A stretch of 64,000 nt of DNA, from the NCBI GenBank assembly GCA_963797485.1, contig CAWCPF010000002.1, positions 223,217 through 287,216 on the forward strand. Direction: 5' to 3'. The translations under genes were made by a program, and so were the position numbers. This document shows positions 60,302 to 64,000 of the stretch, one piece after another. The stretch comes from an uncultured Chloroflexia bacterium. Its GTDB lineage: Bacteria > Chloroflexota > Anaerolineae > Anaerolineales > E44-bin32. Position 1 is the stretch's first letter. Each line of letters starts with the position of its first letter. The notes beneath the pieces were generated by a model. It was given only the letters and a program-made list of their open reading frames with translations, had not been told where the DNA came from and made no database searches.

Positions 60302-61417
60302 TCAATCGGAATACAGCCGCGGCACGCGGGCGCTGAGCCCGCACACGACCTCGTAGCCGACGGTGTGCCACACACGGGCCAAATCCTCCGGGCGCAGCTT
60401 TTCGCCCTGCTGTTCACCGACGATGACGACTTCATCGCCGATGGCCGCCTGGGGCACGTGGTCGAGGTTGATGATGGTTTGGTCCATGCACACCCGCCCG
60501 ACCACCGGCGCCCACACGCCGTGAACCAGCACACCCGCCCCGGCTTCGCGCCGGAAGCCATCCCCATAACCGACCGGGATCACGCCCAGCCGCTCGTCCT
60601 TCTGGGTGACATACACGTGGCCGTAGGACACACCCGTCCCGGCCGGGACGTCGCGGACGGTGGTCAGGCGCGCTTTCCAAGCCAGCGCCCGATGGAAGTT
60701 GGGAGGCAGGCGGACCTCCTCGGAGGGGTTCATGCCATACAGGGCGATTCCGGGGCGAACCATGTCGAAGCGCGCCGAGGGGCGGGTCAACGCGGCGGCG
60801 GAGTTAGCGGCGTGCACCAGAGGCGGGCGCATGCCGGCCGCAGTCACCTCGCTCAGCAGGTCGGTGAACACCGCCTCCTGCCGGTCGCTGCTGGCGGCCT
60901 CGGGTTCGTCGGCTCGGGCGAAGTGAGTAAACAAACCTTCCACCTCGACACCCGGCAAGCCGCGCAGCGCCTGCAACAAACCGAAAGCTCCCTGGGGCGC
61001 GGCGCCCAGCCTGGTCATGCCGGTGTCGACTTTCACGTGCACCCGGGCGGTGCGGCCGGCGGAGCGAGCCGCCGCCGCCAGCGGCTCCAACTGGGCGTCA
61101 TCGTACACGGTGATCGACACGCCCTGCCCGACGGCCTCCGCCAGGCGCGAGTTGGGGGTCTCTCCCAACACCAGCGTCGGGCCGTCGACACCGCCCTGGC
61201 GCATCTCAAGCGCTTCATCGATCCGGGCCACCCCGCAGTAGTCTGCGCCGGCCTCGACCGCCCGGCGCGCCACCGGGACCAGCCCATGGCCATAGCCGTT
61301 GGCTTTGACGACCGCCATTACGCGCACGCCGGTCAACTCACCGACGGCGTGCACATTGTGGGCGATAGCGCCCAGATCGATCTCGAGCCAGGTGGACAAT
61401 CGGTCGCGTGAAGCCAT
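60302..61417 (-). CDS. alr: alanine racemase
   Basis: The PLP lysine region is AVVKANGYGHG. Also YGMNPS and VSYGH motifs. I chose Met 61417 (TATACT 10 nt upstream). Confidence 0.85.
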   Translation of the reverse strand: MASRDRLSTWLEIDLGAIAHNVHAVGELTGVRVMAVVKANGYGHGLVPVARRAVEAGADYCGVARIDEALEMRQGGVDGPTLVLGETPNSRLAEAVGQGVSITVYDDAQLEPLAAAARSAGRTARVHVKVDTGMTRLGAAPQGAFGLLQALRGLPGVEVEGLFTHFARADEPEAASSDRQEAVFTDLLSEVTAAGMRPPLVHAANSAAALTRPSARFDMVRPGIALYGMNPSEEVRLPPNFHRALAWKARLTTVRDVPAGTGVSYGHVYVTQKDERLGVIPVGYGDGFRREAGAGVLVHGVWAPVVGRVCMDQTIINLDHVPQAAIGDEVVIVGEQQGEKLRPEDLARVWHTVGYEVVCGLSARVPRLYSD

Positions 61418-61516
61418 GGATTCGAGCAGTATAAACGCGTTGCCGGTCAATGCACACCGCCGAGGGTATAATCCGGCGCCGATGGGTGCGCTTTACGCCA
61501 CAGCGCCGCAGCCGAT

Positions 61517-61534
61517 TTGTGAATTCCTTCACAA
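61517..61534. promoter_or_regulatory. CRP/FNR-type palindrome TTGTGAATTCCTTCACAA abutting the tgt start codon
   Basis: The last A of the palindrome is the A of ATG 61534. It lies ~100 bp upstream of the divergent alr start. A TATAAT box is at 61467. Confidence 0.5.
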
Positions 61535-62662
61535 TGCCAGCCTTCGAGTTTGACTTGCAAGCCACGGACGGCCGGGCCCGGGCGGGGGTATTCCACACCC
61601 CGCACGGCGCATTGCACACGCCTGTCTTCGCCCCGGTGGGCACCCAGGCCACGGTCAAGGCGGTCACCCCCGACCAGCTCGAGGCCCTTGGCGCCAGTCT
61701 GGTGCTGGCCAACAGCTATCACCTCTACCTGCGGCCAGGTCACGAACTCGTTCGGCGCATGGGCGGGTTGCATGCTTTCATGCACTGGCCCCACCCCATC
61801 CTCACCGATTTAGGCGGCTTCCAGGTCTTTTCGCTGGGCGACCGGCGTGTGGTGGACGACGACGGGGTGACCTTTCGGTCGCACCTGGACGGCTCGGAGC
61901 ATCGTTTTACGCCCGAGAAGTCCATCGAGATCCAGGAAGCCCTGGGCGCCGACATCATCATGGCCTTCGACGAATGTCCCGAGCCGCATGATCGCGCCAT
62001 ACAACCGCGCCGCCCTCGATCGAACCCATCGCTGGGCGGAGCGCTGCCTGGCGGCCAAAACGCGCCCCGATCAGGCCCTGTTCGGAATCGTCCAGGGCGG
62101 TGTGTTCCCCGACCTGCGGCGCGAGTCGGCCGAGTTCATGGGCGGGCTCGGGTTCCCCGGCGTGGCCATCGGGGGCCTGTCCGTCGGCGAATCCAAGGCC
62201 GACATGCTGGCCATGCTCGACGTCGTGGATGAGGCGCTGCCGCCGGATCGCCCGCGCTACCTGATGGGCGTCGGATCGCCCGAGGACCTGGTGGCGGCGG
62301 TCCAGCGGGGCGTGGACATCTTCGACTGCGTCCTGCCGACGCGCATGGCCCGCAATCATGCCGCCCTCACCCGCCGGGGCCGCCTCAATCTGCGCAACGC
62401 CGCCTTCGCCGACGACCCCCAGCCGATCGACCCCGGTTGCCGGTGCTCGACGTGCCGGGACTTCAGCCGAGCCTACCTGCGCCACCTGGTCGTGGCCGGG
62501 GAGATGCTCTCGGCCACCCTGTTGTCGATCCACAACCTGACCATGCTCATCCAGTTGACCGCCGACCTGGGTGCCGCCATCCGCGCCGGAGAACTCGACG
62601 CGTTCTCCCGGCAGTTCGAAGCCGAATACCGTAAGCACCGGGTGGAGGCCCCTTCAGCATGA
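61534..62662 (+). CDS. tgt: tRNA-guanine transglycosylase (queuine tRNA-ribosyltransferase), apparent frameshift near 61990
   Basis: [37 protein letters not shown]...TDLGGFQV...AFDEC, then GIVQGG...[11 protein letters not shown]...DCVLPTR, with the zinc site [16 protein letters not shown]. Confidence 0.85.
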
Positions 62663-63483
62663 CGGTCTTACAAGCCTTGATCCTGGGCGTGGTCCAGGGC
62701 GCCACGGAGTTCCTGCCGGTGTCCTCCTCCGGGCACCTGGTGATCGTGCCTTGGCTGCTGGGATGGCGGCTCGACCCACAGGCGACGTTTGTGTTTGATG
62801 TCCTGGTGCAGTGGGGGACGCTGCTGGCGCTGGTGATCTATTTCTGGCGCGACCTGGTCGAATTGGCCGTGGCCGCCGTCACGGCCTTGTTCCGCGGACG
62901 GCCGTTCGACACGCCCAAAGCCCGGCTGGCGTGGCTGCTTGTTCTGGCCAGCCTCCCGGCGGCGATTTTGGGGTTGGCCTTCAAGGACACCGTCGAGGCC
63001 ACCTTCAGCCAGCCGCGCCTGGTCTTCGCCTGCTTGTTGGTGACGGCCCTGCTGCTGGCTTTGAGCGAATGGCTGGGGCACCGGTCGCGCGCCGTGGAGG
63101 AACTGCGCTGGACGGACGCCGTGTGGATCGGATTCGCCCAGGCGCTGGCCCTTTTCCCGGGCGTGTCTCGCTCGGGATCGACGATCGCCGGCGGCATGAC
63201 GCGCAACCTGCGGCGCGCCGACGCGGCACGCTTCGCCTTTTTGATGGCCGTCCCGATCATGATCGGCGCCGGTCTGGTGGCGCTCCGCGACCTGGCCCGG
63301 CTGCCCGGCGCCGCCAGCCAGATCAGCAGTCTCCTGGTCGGCTTCGCCGCCGCGGCGGTGGTCGGCTATGCCGCCATTCGCTGGTTGCTGGGGTACTTGG
63401 CCCGGCGCCCGCTGACGCCCTTCATCATTTACACCGCGCTGGTGGGGGCTGCCGGGCTGGTCCTGAGCTTCTGGCGTGCGTAG
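62659..63483 (+). CDS. uppP: undecaprenyl-diphosphate phosphatase
   Basis: GVVQGATEFLPVSSSGH, PGVSRSGSTI motifs. 274 aa. Confidence 0.9.
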   Translation: MTVLQALILGVVQGATEFLPVSSSGHLVIVPWLLGWRLDPQATFVFDVLVQWGTLLALVIYFWRDLVELAVAAVTALFRGRPFDTPKARLAWLLVLASLPAAILGLAFKDTVEATFSQPRLVFACLLVTALLLALSEWLGHRSRAVEELRWTDAVWIGFAQALALFPGVSRSGSTIAGGMTRNLRRADAARFAFLMAVPIMIGAGLVALRDLARLPGAASQISSLLVGFAAAAVVGYAAIRWLLGYLARRPLTPFIIYTALVGAAGLVLSFWRA

Positions 63484-64000
63484 AGCGCTGATCGGCTTGC
63501 TGGCGGGGTTAGCCGTCGGCGCGTGTTCGGGTGCCCCGACACCCGCCGCCACGCCCACCCCGCCGCCCGTGCTGGTTACCAGCCCGGACCTTCAACCGCT
63601 GGTCATGGGCTGGCTGGAGGCCTATACCCAATCGCACGGTCCGCTGGAATTCGACCTGCAGGTCCGATCTCCACAAGCGGAACTTGGCGCCGATGAAATC
63701 CGCATCCAGTCGGCCGCGCCGGATAGCCAGGCGTTTGCCACGCCGCTGGGTTGGGAATCCGTCAGTGTCATCGTCAACGCCGATGTTTCCAAGCGCGATT
63801 TTTCGCTGGAAGAATTGGGGGACATCTTCGCAGGTCGCAAGACGGATTGGTCGGATTTCGACTCGGGTTCCGGGTTCATTCAGCCCGTGATTCCGCCACT
63901 AGGCGACGGCTTGCGGGCCGTCTTCCACACCCGCGTGCTCCAGACGGCTCCCTTCGCCTCCACCGCCCGACTGGCAGCCACGCCGCAATCGATGACCGAC
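63476..64000 (+). CDS. PstS-like (PBP_like_2) substrate-binding lipoprotein, 3' partial
   Basis: GTG start overlapping the uppP stop. The lipobox is LAVGAC. The frame is open to the window edge (translated by hand, no stops). It is not in the ORF track because no stop is reached. Confidence 0.6.
   Translation, partial: MRRALIGLLAGLAVGACSGAPTPAATPTPPPVLVTSPDLQPLVMGWLEAYTQSHGPLEFDLQVRSPQAELGADEIRIQSAAPDSQAFATPLGWESVSVIVNADVSKRDFSLEELGDIFAGRKTDWSDFDSGSGFIQPVIPPLGDGLRAVFHTRVLQTAPFASTARLAATPQSMTD

Noticed and set aside
60203-61411. A 402-aa plus-strand ORF that starts inside the heptad repeat and runs antisense to alr.
   Set aside because: Its N-terminus (LGASCSVLGASRSVL) is simply the translated heptanucleotide repeat, and the rest mirrors alr.
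62668-63558. A 296-aa minus-strand ORF opposite uppP.
   Set aside because: It is an antisense shadow ORF. The plus strand has the uppP signature motifs.

Overview
This is a high-GC bacterial chromosomal segment (about two-thirds G+C by eye), densely coding on both strands. It looks like housekeeping and metabolic DNA, not a mobile island: I saw no transposase, integrase, phage gene, CRISPR array or rRNA. There is one tRNA-Val(UAC).

Gene order:
- three tandem GT-C (family-39-like) membrane glycosyltransferase paralogs
- a VOC/glyoxalase gene split by a ~2.3 kb block that carries the third glycosyltransferase paralog and an SRPBCC gene
- a ferric-reductase-domain / ApbE / small TM protein / PepSY cluster, divergent from an OmpR-type two-component pair
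- phosphodiester glycosidase with SH3, then DUF4153
- a CMD/AhpD-family gene with an in-frame TGA at its CxxC
- LLM oxidoreductase, then two paralogous lipoproteins
- M6 (InhA-like) peptidase, small membrane proteins and an orphan Flp pilin
- SHMT that appears fused to an aminomethyltransferase-like module
- M1 peptidase, MurR, a methyltransferase, FAH, dcd, DUF423, a MoxR/VWA pair, MFS, DUF309
- a sarcosine-oxidase-like flavoprotein, then M48 and M29 peptidases
- an AapJQMP-type amino-acid ABC transporter, then M42 peptidase
- AzlCD, CDF, a Ser/Thr kinase
- paaABCD plus EthD plus a crotonase, then a TGS/uridine-kinase-like nucleoside kinase
- gcvH-gcvPA-gcvPB behind a tandem glycine riboswitch
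- alr, tgt, uppP and a PstS-like lipoprotein (3' partial)

Most interesting observations:
1. A selenocysteine candidate: TGA at the second Cys of the CMD-family CxxC, with a SECIS-like hairpin 12 nt downstream.
2. A family of seven TTGTGA-N6-TCACAA (CRP/FNR-type) palindromes with a conserved ATTCC spacer core, far more than chance predicts.
3. A MITE-like ~400 bp element bounded by inverted heptanucleotide-repeat arms, between alr and the gcv leader.
4. The split VOC gene, with a 50-bp exact duplication at the junction.
5. The SHMT-GcvT-like fusion.
6. Several genes whose -10-like hexamer lies 6-10 nt from the start codon (leaderless-type starts).

Major caveat: about 25 apparent frameshifts interrupt about 20 otherwise well-conserved genes. 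This pattern fits indel errors in the assembly better than true pseudogenes, so all gene boundaries at those sites are approximate.
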